Source: Monocercomonoides exilis PA203
Taxonomy: Eukaryota > Protista > Preaxostyla
Direction of reading: 5' to 3'
DNA length: 64,000 bases
Assembly (NCBI GenBank): GCA_001643675.2
Contig: LSRY02000041.1
Coordinates: 496,001-560,000, forward strand
Below, one piece after another: positions 22,606-32,824 of this stretch. Each line of letters begins with the position of its first letter. Position 1 is the first letter of the stretch. The notes beneath the pieces are model-generated. The model ran no database searches. It was not told the DNA's origin and was given only the letters and a program-made list of their open reading frames with translations. Both the position numbers and the translations under genes were made by a program.

Positions 22606-25032
22606 ATGCTATTTGTTTTTCTGGCTTTCACATTTGCAACATCACAAGAATTTGATGAAGGAAAGTCTTATTCAGTTTATGTGAAGCAAAGCGGAAGTGA
22701 CACTAACACTGGCACAGAAATCGGTAAGGAAAGGAAATCATTGAAAAGTGCATATAGTCAGCTGGGAGATGATGAAGCATGTAAGATCTATATTGTGAAT
22801 GACGCAACTGCACTAACTGCACAGCAAACATCATTCTACAAAAATCAAGGAATCACCATTGAAGGAGTTGACAGCAAAGGAACAAAAAATGAAGTTGTAT
22901 CAATTAATTGTGATGTGCATCCAGATGGAGATCTATTTTCTTGTGGTGGAGATACAGAATTCAAATATTTGTCATTCCATTTTCCAACAGTATTATGCAG
23001 AGATAGAGGTTATGCATTAATCAGAGGAACTTCTGGAGAACTGACTATTAAAAATTGTCAATTTATTCGACCACCATCAAATGTGGGAACTGTGGGTTAT
23101 AGCCTTGTGTATATGGAAAGAGGGAATTTAAATATGGATTCAGTGGAGTGCAGTGATGAGAGTCGCACAGTTGTATTTGAAGGTGGAATTTTTTCTTTAG
23201 GCGCTAGAAATACGGTTTCATTAACGAATTTGACTTTGAAAAAAATATCAAGTGACTCTTCAATTGTTTCCATTTTTGGTGAAAATGAAAACAAATTGGA
23301 TGTCTCTTTGAACAACTGCACATTCACTGAATGTCAAACAAATGGTTCTCATTTGTTGTACATTTTGGACAGTAATAGTGAAAGTACATTTACCGTTGGT
23401 GATGCGGGAGTAACGTCTTTTTCTTCATGCAGCAGCAGTGGTCCAAATGGCAAAACAAGTGGAATTTTTTTGGGAATGGGAAGTATTTCATCAGCGTCCC
23501 AATTCAAATGGCCAATAGATGGAAAGAATTTGGTTTTTCAGAATTGCACAGCTTATGATAGTGGCAAAAAGAGAAACACAGGATTGTACATTCATATGAG
23601 AAATGATTCTTTGTTCAAAGATATGGCAGATGCAATGAAGGCAAGTTTTGCAGCAAATTACACAAGGAGAGACAATTCGTGGTTTATTGTAGGGGTTGAT
23701 CAAAATTATAAAGTCTATGATTTTACAAGTTTGTATTTTGATCCACCTCCTCCAAAGCCAGATAATATGACAAGAGCATTTGCGAAGAATGGAGGGAGGG
23801 GAAATGGAATTGATGTTAATTCTGCAATAAACAGCTTGAAGGAAGCTTATGATTTCTTGGAAAAGAGCGGGAAATGTTTTATCGATATTATCAAAACGGA
23901 TGATCCAATCAAAGCACAAGGCATAAGTTTCAGCATCAACAGTGGAATAACAATTGAAGGAGTGAATGACAATGGAGAGGGAAACACAGAAGTTGCAATT
24001 GATTGTGATGTTTCTGTTTCATCAATTCTCTTTTCTTGCCAGAAAACTGTGGAATTCCAGTATCTAGCATTCCAATTCTCTTCAACAGAAAAGAATTGGG
24101 ACTCATTGATCAGTGCTGGATCAGGTTCAATATCACTGAAAATATCAACATGTCGATTTGCCAGAATTGGATCACAATCACAAGAAGGAATGGAATCAAA
24201 TGCGGATGGAGACAGCCCCTTGGAAAGCAGTCTTGTGAGTGTAACATTTGGAAGTGTGGAAATGGACACGGTGAAATGCACAGATGAAACCTCATTTGTG
24301 ACATTCTCATCATCACCATTTTCATTTTCTGGAGCCAGCGAGGTGTCATTGAGTGGAATGGACATCAGCAAAGTGAATGTGGAAAGTGGAGCAGCAATCA
24401 GCATCGATGATGGGATCAATTCATCTTCGAAGGTTTCAATCGAAGGATTGAATGTTCGAGAAGTGAAATCGGAGAAAGGAGCAGCAGCAGGGTTGGATAT
24501 CACCCTCAGTTCAGAAGAATCAAGAGTGGCTATTGGAAGGACAAGCAAATGCTCATTCAAGTCTTGTTCAGCACCAGAAGGGAAATCAGGAGCAATATTC
24601 ATTGACATGCCCAAGGCAACATCGAATCTGCAACTCCCATCAGAACACAACCTGGAGATCGACAGCTCAAACACAGCTGGCTCAAAAACAACTTCTCTGT
24701 TCATCATTGCCCCAGACTTCGAAGAGTTCTGCAAACAAGAAGATGCCTTTGCGTTTGCGAATGACTACGATGAGTCAACATCTGGGTGGATCGAGGGAGC
24801 AATTGATGAAGAATCAGAGCCTGAGGATGTGTATGAGAAGTGTGTGAAAGTGAGACAAGAGAAACTGAAAGATCAAAATAAAAAGAGGAAGGAGGGGACC
24901 ATTGTTGCCATTGTTGTGCCAATTGTTGTTGTGGTTGCAGTTGTGGTGATTGTGATTGTCATTGTTGTTGTGAGGAAAAGGAAATCAAGAAATGAAGAGA
25001 ATAACGGAAAGGAACAAGAAATGAATGATTGA
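22606..25032 (+). CDS. Type I membrane/surface protein with two tandem ~365-aa units (probable beta-helix/pectin-lyase-like fold)
   Basis: Signal peptide MLFVFLAFTFATS from ATG 22606; repeated blocks ITIEGV..INCDV..LFSC..EFKYLSFHF and ITIEGV..IDCDV..LFSC..EFQYLAFQF; DPPPPKP linker; C-terminal TM IVAIVVPIVVVVAVVVIVIVIVVV followed by RKRK. The fold call is inference. Confidence 0.8.
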   Translation: MLFVFLAFTFATSQEFDEGKSYSVYVKQSGSDTNTGTEIGKERKSLKSAYSQLGDDEACKIYIVNDATALTAQQTSFYKNQGITIEGVDSKGTKNEVVSINCDVHPDGDLFSCGGDTEFKYLSFHFPTVLCRDRGYALIRGTSGELTIKNCQFIRPPSNVGTVGYSLVYMERGNLNMDSVECSDESRTVVFEGGIFSLGARNTVSLTNLTLKKISSDSSIVSIFGENENKLDVSLNNCTFTECQTNGSHLLYILDSNSESTFTVGDAGVTSFSSCSSSGPNGKTSGIFLGMGSISSASQFKWPIDGKNLVFQNCTAYDSGKKRNTGLYIHMRNDSLFKDMADAMKASFAANYTRRDNSWFIVGVDQNYKVYDFTSLYFDPPPPKPDNMTRAFAKNGGRGNGIDVNSAINSLKEAYDFLEKSGKCFIDIIKTDDPIKAQGISFSINSGITIEGVNDNGEGNTEVAIDCDVSVSSILFSCQKTVEFQYLAFQFSSTEKNWDSLISAGSGSISLKISTCRFARIGSQSQEGMESNADGDSPLESSLVSVTFGSVEMDTVKCTDETSFVTFSSSPFSFSGASEVSLSGMDISKVNVESGAAISIDDGINSSSKVSIEGLNVREVKSEKGAAAGLDITLSSEESRVAIGRTSKCSFKSCSAPEGKSGAIFIDMPKATSNLQLPSEHNLEIDSSNTAGSKTTSLFIIAPDFEEFCKQEDAFAFANDYDESTSGWIEGAIDEESEPEDVYEKCVKVRQEKLKDQNKKRKEGTIVAIVVPIVVVVAVVVIVIVIVVVRKRKSRNEENNGKEQEMND

Positions 25033-25740
25033 TTAAAAAAAGACCTATCATTTATTTTCAAAATCAACATTTGTTCTTGTATTTCTATGTGTATTCATTT
25101 GTATATTGTTATCATGCTTTATTTTTTCTTTTTCAATTTGTTTAACTGTTTTTTTCAAATATATTCTAACCTTGTTTGAAACATATCACCAGATATATTT
25201 CATTATGAATACGAAAAAATACCTAATCCATCTTTTATGTGATTATTGCAGATACAATTATGTATGTTTTTATTAATATGAAGAATTTTCTGTTTCTTTT
25301 GAGAAATCAAGAAAATAACATTTCAAAAAAAATAAATCATATCGATAACAAAAATAGTAATTCTTTTGTTATTGTTTTTAGTTGACAATAATTGTTGAAA
25401 GAAAAAGCACAATAAAAGAATGGATATTTCTTAACAATTGATTATTAAACATAATTTTTTCAACAATTCTTTAAATTTAATCAAAGAAATTAATTAACAG
25501 TCAAAACGAAAAAAATTGAAGATTCTTGTTTTCAAACAGCATCCACATAACTTGAAATTGTTTGTCCAAATAAGCAATCAGGAAAAGAAGAACACAATCT
25601 ATATTAGAATTTCAATCTTTTCTATCAAAGCAAACAATAAAGGAAACAATGACTTTTTTTAAAGAAAAATTGAACGGAGATCTGCAAATGATTCAATTGA
25701 CAGAAATAAACAGTCATCTGATTATTTTGTTTAATCCCTT

Positions 25741-25811
25741 TTTTCAGAGTTACTAGCAATGCTTGAAAACTGTACTGAAAATGAACAAAACGCACGATCT
25801 GAGAAGTGGAT
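25741..25811 (+). pseudogene. 5' fragment of the same helical family as 38125 and 41564, truncated by the DIRS element
   Basis: Acceptor ttttcag then (E)LLAMLENCTENEQ, in the same phase as ttttcag-(E)LFNELEDCDEDNQ at 38225; with a 1-nt correction it continues KRTI*EVD versus KQKIEEMN. Confidence 0.5.
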
Positions 25812-25949
25812 ATTCGCAATAAAGCGAATCTATGAACGCAAGGAGCAGGTTTACTCCTCAATAATGAGTTTGATCTTTAATTATGGGTGGTTTAAGATCA
25901 TACTTCGCTATCGAATTAACTTCTTTTCATACCATTATCCGCAGTTGAA

Positions 25950-27188
25950 ATGAAGCTAAATCCTGTTAGTATGGCAGACGGTGACAGCGAAGTGAAGACC
26001 GTTGATCTTGTTCATATGCTAAAGAGAGTTGAAAATTGGATTGATGAAGTGTCGAGGAGCGGAGGAGGACTAAGTCACTCTGGAGCAAAAGGAATAATAC
26101 CAACGAGAAAAATGAAGAGGGAACGGCAAGGATGAAGATCTCTGTCGAGACCTAGCGAATCTGAATGGGAAACTAATATTTCAGATATCATTACAAAGAA
26201 GAGACACAGACAACCATTGAGGGGTAGTCGCGTTCGTAATCAGATGAAGAGATGGGACTAAGAGGAAAGCAGCGTGAGCGATTCCTGAATCGCAAAAAAG
26301 CGGGAAGAAGAGCAGGAAAGATCGGAAGACTTTTTGGGAATTTTCCCAGACGAATGGCTGACGCCCAGGATGCAAGCGGGCGAACTGAAGAGATTTATGG
26401 AGTTTTTCAAGGCCAGATCGATCAGAATAAACAATGATATCTTAAACACGTTTATTCCAGAGACGGAAAAGAATTTCTTCACCAGACACACTGATGCGAG
26501 TTGGAACGCCTTAGCGGTGACGGGGGTCACTGCGGAGGGAAGAAAAGATTCCCCAGAAGCCGCTCGGGTTATCGAGCTGCTTCAGCTCGCCCTGGAATCG
26601 GGGTTCGAAGCCGCCAAGGCGATTGCAGCCATTACTACAAGAGAATAATGGAAGATGCACATAGAGGAAGAAGAGAAAGAGCGACTGAGGGGGCTCTTTT
26701 GCGCGTACGCCCTAATAGCAGACTGTATCAGCCGCATAAACTTGCTGAAAGTTATCCCTCAATCAAGCTGGGAGAATGTGAAGTGTTTTCTGGACGGGGG
26801 AATGTCCAAGGACATCCCAGAGAGTTTTAGGAGGCTAGTGGATAGCACCAGCTTTTTTCGTCCAGGGGGGGATGCTCCAGGGTACGGAGCATCCCCCGTT
26901 TCTTCCACAACCTTCGGACTCGCCCCAGTCAGGGGCGTGCGCCCAGGGAAGTACAGCACAGGCAGAAACGCCCAGGGCTTCGCCTATTGACAGTTTCAAA
27001 AACGTGGCTTCGATGGGAGCTTTACAAATTTCAAACAAAGAAGGAGGTCAACACAAACTCGACCGCAACAGGCCCCAGCAACAGCTGGGAGAGCTCCCTC
27101 GTTCACAGTCCCCCTTCCTCCAGCTCCCCCGAGGATACAGGGAGGAACAACAACAAGAACATCTATTGGAACAAACCAATGGACCTAG
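25950..27188 (+). pseudogene. DIRS ORF1 (gag-like) with several in-frame stops
   Basis: ORF-track pieces 25950, 26334 and 26655 are all in one frame and lie upstream of pol; Arg/Gly/Pro-rich C-terminus. Confidence 0.65.
26852..26897 (+). promoter_or_regulatory. Candidate programmed ribosomal frameshift signal
   Basis: C TTT TTT C(GT) in the gag frame, 7-8 nt spacer, then a perfect 12-bp stem GGGGGATGCTCC / GGAGCATCCCCC with a 7-nt loop (26867-26897). Confidence 0.6.
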
Positions 27189-27679
27189 AAGAGAGATACG
27201 CGCTTCGCCGCGAGACAGAGTGAGAAGAGAGAGCCGCGCTTTGTCGCGAGACAGAGATGGACAGAATGCTATCGAATTTCGAAGGAACGACAATGCTAAA
27301 TGGAATCCAATTCAATCGGCACATTGTAACAAGAAGGGAGCCTTTGGGAGATTACGAGAATATCGAAGAGACACTGAGCTCATTCTATCGAGAGAAGAGT
27401 TAAAATCAAGATATCTCGAAAGATCACGAGATGGGAACATTGAGAGAGAACACAGAAGTAAACTTAGTATATCCCCGCAGGACAAGACACAAGAACGATC
27501 GGAGATCCGGGAAGGAGGAAGAGAAGGGAGCCTTGAGAGCTTCTGGGATTGTTATCAAGTTCCAAATTGGGAGTACATTGGAGGTGAGCTCGAAGACAGC
27601 TATTGCAGACATTTTCGAAGGAGAAGGGAATACACAGATGCAGCATGGCCACAAGACGCCAGAATTGAGGAGGAGTGAA

Positions 27680-29640
27680 GCGATTGAACCACTGAGGAAA
27701 CCACTTCCTGGAAGGCTAGTGAACAGGCTGAGTTAGTGGAAGAAGATTGGAGGAGACAAACTAGTGAGCCGTGGTATAAGAGCTCGATGGAAAAGTCCCC
27801 AATCCCCAATCTCATTGGAGGAGAGAAAACACAGACAAGAGTTTCGGTGTACGACGGAGATGATGAACAATTATTTATCCCTCTTGGAGGAGGAATTGAA
27901 GGATGGAGTGGTGAAGCCCATACAGGAGTCGGAGGTGAAGTGGTTCAATCCGACATTCATGGTGATAAAGAAGAACGGAAAGTGGAGAAAGATCCTGGAT
28001 TGCAGAGCTCTAAACGAAAAAGTGCAGGGAAAACACTTCAAGATGGATTCCCAGGAGACAGTGGTGGAACTCCTGGAGGAGAACGACTGGATGACAACTC
28101 TGGACATATCGAGTGCATACCAACATGTCAAAGTGGACGAACAATTCAGTCCCTATCTGTGCTAGAGCTTTCAAAGCCAATGTTTTGCTTTCGTAGGGAT
28201 TCCATTTGGAGCAAAGGAAGCGCGCAGAGTTTTCACGAAGATAATGAGAAGGGCGGAGTCATATATCAGAGAACAGTGGAGAGTGAAGCTAGTGATATAC
28301 CTGGACGACATTCTCCTCATGCATCCAGACAGGGAAGTTTTGAGATCGATCTCACAGGAGATAGCCCAGTTCCTGAGAAATCTGGGCTGGATACTGTCCG
28401 AGGAGAAGCTGAAGTTGGAACCCGCAAGGAGCGTGGAGTTTCTGGGATGGTTGTGGAACTCAGAGAAGATGGAAGTTACGCTCCAGGAGAGGAAGAGAGT
28501 GCTGCTCCTGGAGGATGTGAGAACGTGGATTGTACATGCAAAGAAGAGGAGGAGACAAAAGACGAGGGATTTAGCAGCACTCCTCGGGAGGCTGAATTTT
28601 GTGAGACTGCAACACCCACCTGCGAGCTTGTGGATGAAGCTCATGCAATACGTGCTGAGGTAGGCAATAGCCCGCGGGGGCTGGAAGGGAATCGTGATAG
28701 TCAACCAAATGATTCTGGGAGAATTAACACATCGGAGAAAGACCCTGCGAGAGAACAGACTAAGGAGTCTGAGGAGAAGGAATAGACCAGCAGAGTTAAT
28801 AACGGACGCGTCAGAGCTGGGATGGGGTGCAGCGTTAACAGTACCGAAAGAGAACAAAGAGGAGAAGATATATGTCCATGGAAGTTGGACACCCCGGGAG
28901 AGCACGCTTGCAATCAACAAGAAGGAGTCCAGAGCAGTGTCGAGAACACAAGAGAGAAAGGATGCATGGCTGCAACAGCAGGAGAGAGGCCATATTCGTC
29001 TGAAGACAGACAACATGTCCACGAGTTGGACGATTCAGAAGAAGAGGTGAGCGCTATCGCTCATTCCAACACTGAGAGCATTGGAGAAGAAACTGAACAG
29101 CCTGGACATTACGATACAAACGGAACATCTCCCGGGAGAGCAGAACACGGAAGCAGATGCACTCAGCCGGATGGCGAAAAAGCCGGACTATGCACTGAGG
29201 GGGAAGAAAGTCGCAGAGATAGTACAAACAATCGCACCGAGAACACTAGATACAATTTTGGAACAGATTGCGCCGGTGCCCTGTGGAAGAACTTGGAGAC
29301 TATCCTCTGTGAGAAGGAAGAGAGAGAGTGAGAAACGCAAAAAAACGAGAAAGTACTAGTCCACCAGTTCCTGAGAAATATTGGACGGGTGCTGAAAGAG
29401 AAAATGAAGGAAGCGCAGAGGGATCTGACGATTCTGATTCTTCCAGCCTGGCGGGGGCAGACCTGGACCCCGCTGCTGCAGCCTGGGCATTTGATAAAGA
29501 CCCTGGGGACCTTTCAGGAGTGAATGATAACGGGAGCGAATATGAGGAGGGAAGGCTGGAAACTACCCCCAGGAGAGGAAATAAGCGTTATACTGGAGAG
29601 GAAAATATCCAAGGAAGGGACCTCTTTTTTTCAAAAGGAG
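27680..29640 (+). pseudogene. DIRS pol: reverse transcriptase - RNase H - N6-adenine-methyltransferase-like domain, with stops and a frameshift near 29340
   Basis: PGRL..W, WRKILDCRALN, TTLDISSAYQHV, GIPFG, YLDD (28298-28309), LITDASELGWGA (about 28800), TDN, EHLPGEQNTEADALSR, then VLVH..LRNIGRVL...LILPAWRGQTWTPLL. Stops at 28163, 28661, 29048 and 29521. The same frame is traceable upstream to 26831. Confidence 0.9.
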
Positions 29641-30968
29641 AATATGTTGAAGCGAAGGATTTATCAGCAGCAATATTAAGAAACCAAAAGAGTGAAAGAG
29701 ACACGTGGAGAGCGCTGCGAAGATTCATGCAATTCCTTGATAGAGAAAGTGTGGATGACACAGTTTTCCTCACATCCAGAGATGCCAGATGGATTATGGC
29801 AGAATTTTCAGAAACTCTATCCAATGCAAATATTTCAAGGGGAGAGATTAACAAAGCTGAACGAAAAGAATTATTGTTTATTAACCTTTTCAGAAGAAAT
29901 TAAGACGAATGGAGAGAAGGCGAGAAAGGTCAAGAGATTAAAATCAATGTGGGATCTCACAATTATCACAAGATGGGAAGAAGCCACAAAGAATTCCATC
30001 AACCCGCATATTCTCCAGAGGAGAGCCCTCGTCCTCACAATGGTTTTTGGGGCTTTAAGGCCATCAGAGCCGGAGAGAATGAGAAGTGATACAACGATAT
30101 TTAAAGATAATTTGGTCCAGACACAAGAACAAACAAAAACATCCAGGGGAGAGACAGTTAAGGTGATTATAAATTGACATCCAAACCCACGTATCGATGC
30201 AGTGTGGGTGCTCCAACGTTGGATGGACTATTCCAAGACGACTTTTAAAGACGAACATGTGTGGTTTGACATTGAAGGGAGAAGGCCTGCAAATTTGCAG
30301 AGAATAAAGGAAGAGTAAACAGATATTCCGAGAGAGAGCGGAAAACAGGAAACATTCACCGTGTACTCGATAAGACATTCAGTGATAACACACTAAGCAA
30401 ATCAAGAAGGTGCAGATTGGAAGGCAATTAATGCGAACGCGAGATGGGCACCAGGTTTGAGAGTGTCACAGGAATACAATACCGTTTTCTGGTTCAAGAT
30501 ACAAAATTAATCCTGGAGACAATCGGAGGACCAGCACCTCAGAGGAGAGAAGATTACAAGCCAGATAAGAGTGGAGATTCGAAGGAGGGGACGCTGGAGA
30601 TTGCAGAGGCAGATATGAAAGATCGTACCGAGGAATCACCAAAATCTGGTATTGAACAAGGGAGGAAACCTACGAGAAAGCGATCGAAACGAAGAAAGAT
30701 ACAACTGAGTGAAGAAGGAAAAAAAAGTGAAACGGCTCAGTCACGAAGCTCTTCACCCAGACAACCGAGTCGTCAGAGGACACCCCCCATAATCCCCAGT
30801 AACATCAGTGAGCTGGCTGGAGTGTGGGACATAACTCCACGGAAGAAGAGAGGCAAAGATCGGAAGAAACGTAGCGAAAGAAGTATCGGACAAACAGGGA
30901 ATGACACTGAAGAAGAAAGGGCCAAGCCGATGTCGCCTCAAAGATATCCCAAGAGAGGGAGGGAGTAG
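29600..30968 (+). pseudogene. DIRS tyrosine recombinase (helical N-terminal part + catalytic domain) with a basic C-terminal tail; disrupted
   Basis: MWDL, RALVLTMVFGALRPSE (catalytic R, about 30058), TKT, YSIRHS (HxxR box variant, 30364-30381), ARWAPG...EY; internal stops and frameshifts. Confidence 0.85.
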
Positions 30969-31132
30969 AGACAGGTGCCGCACCTTCATCCGCAGTCCCT
31001 CTATTCATCCGCCGCACTTGATCGTGCTAGGAAGGTGGTTTAAGATCACGTGTACAAAGATAGAAGGGATTTCAGACTTCATTATTGAGGAGCAAACCTG
31101 CTCCTTGGATTCCTTTGTTCGCTCTATTGCGA

Positions 31133-31830
31133 ATTGATAGAACACAGAGAGACAGGATTTGCTCCGAAATAATACGAACGCGGATGGAGAGACGAAACGC
31201 GGATGGGTGTGAAAGAGAGAAACATATTAGGAGGAATATGACGAGAAAAAGGGCGAGATATCCAAGAGAAGAGAGGAGAACCAACCGCCCGAAAGCACAA
31301 GGTTGCACCCACAATGTGGATAGAGATTCATGAAATGAATAAAGAGTTTTAAGTGGGATCCCACTTCCTGAATTGGTGATGAACAAGTGCAAAGAGAACA
31401 GTCAGATCTGTCCATGCAGAGCGCTATGATAGGGTTTGCTCTGTTGGATCAACATAAGAACGGGAGGCAGTGTGTATCACACGCAGTTTTCTTTTCCACG
31501 CCTCGCGAAAGCGAGAGTAGTTTTTCTTTCTGCTCCAAGAATACTCGCCTCACCGGATCCCTGCACGGCCTGCAGGAGAGAGCTCCGAGTGGCAATGTCC
31601 CCTGCCCTCTGTTCTTCGTGATCAAGGCGAAAAGGCGAAGTAGGTGGTGAAGTGAAGCGGACAATTCATAATATTCTTTTTTATAGTTTGAATGTTTTTG
31701 TTTATATTTTCATCTCGCCCATTTTTCCACGTCATTTGGGATATGCCGAAGTTTTTCACTTAAACAACACATAAATCGTAATCAATACTCATTATCTCGG
31801 AGCAAACCTGTCTCACTGCGTTCTGTCAAT
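31133..31830 (-). mobile_element. Non-autonomous 698-bp DIRS-related element with its own ITRs, opposite orientation
   Basis: ITRs 31133-31173 / 31791-31830 (36/41 identical) share the core CAGG(A)TTTGCTCC..ATAAT with the large element; the reverse complement of 31745-31823 aligns to 25834-25907. Confidence 0.75.
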
Positions 31831-32106
31831 CCTTTTCAATCACCTCATTGTTGAATTATTCCATTTTTGAAAATTCTTCAGATAGTGAAAAAAAGAAGAA
31901 ATTCATTCACAAGCAATAGTGAATGAAAAAAAAAATATATCATCTTGTAGCACTTTCACAAAATGAGAGATTGGTTTAAGAAATATTTCTTATTCAAATG
32001 ATGATTGATAAAAAAAAGGAATAAAGAATACTTTATGTTTGATTTAAAAATTGCTTGACATTTCGTTTTAATACACAATTTTATAAAAAAGAAAGTCCAT
32101 TCCAAT

Positions 32107-32108
<2 letters not shown>

Positions 32109-32151
<43 letters not shown>
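32109..32151. repeat. Poly-T (43 nt)
   Basis: Homopolymer run. Confidence 0.95.
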
Positions 32152-32152
<1 letters not shown>

Positions 32153-32824
32153 AAAATTGATAACCATAAATTATTATTTCAGTTTTTCATGGAAATGAGA
32201 GAAAGCTATTCCAAGAGTGCTGTAGATGCATGTTTAGGTGTGGAATTGTTTTATTTGCAATATTTTATGTTTTGAAATCGTTTTCTTCAGGCAGCCTTCC
32301 CGACGATATTTTGAGGATGTTTGAGTTTTTATTTTCAATATCTTTTGATGAAACAAACGTATTCCTTTTGGCATATGATTGTTTAAAATAGAATCTTTGG
32401 AAAATGCAACTTTTCAACGATTCTTTCGTTGTCACAGGTGAATCGCAGATTCAATCTCCTCTCAAAAACGGAAGAGTTCGTCTTTTTTGTTTTTTCATAT
32501 TTTTCAAAGAAAGAATCAACATTTGACGCTTTGTATTGCCTCTTCCCACTGGTTGTACAGATGTGCGAAAATCAAGTGCCAAGTGATGATTCCATTTATG
32601 CACAAGATTTGCCTTCTGCCAGATTGTGCATTTCAATATATTTATTTTTTTAACCCTCGTTCGGAAGAAGACTGGAAAGAGAGCTACAAATACGGGGTGA
32701 GTGCAAAGGGATGGAGGGAGACATTGCAGTTGTGTTCTGAAGCATTTGAGCAATTTTTTATTCTTTGACTGGTTATTTATCTTTAATTTATGTGTTTTGT
32801 GCAAATATTATCTGTTGCATTTAG

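Larger units (their letters stand above)
25812..31134 (+). mobile_element. DIRS-like tyrosine-recombinase retrotransposon, decayed (about 5.3 kb)
   Basis: 56-bp inverted terminal repeats 25812-25867 / 31079-31134 (48/56 identical); gag-like, RT, RNase H, methyltransferase-like and YR domains in overlapping frames; higher GC than the flanks. Confidence 0.92.

Noticed and set aside
23847-24734. 295-aa antisense ORF
   Set aside because: Mirror frame of the surface-protein gene with no independent features.
25792-25799. GCACGATC complementary to 31020-31027 as a possible ICR/left extension
   Set aside because: Only 8 bp, and the left copy reads as part of the interrupted host gene.
28163-29523. 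In-frame TAG/TGA in pol as stop-codon reassignment or readthrough
   Set aside because: The stops are of mixed types, replace different expected residues and co-occur with frameshifts; the histones end in TAA. This is ordinary decay.
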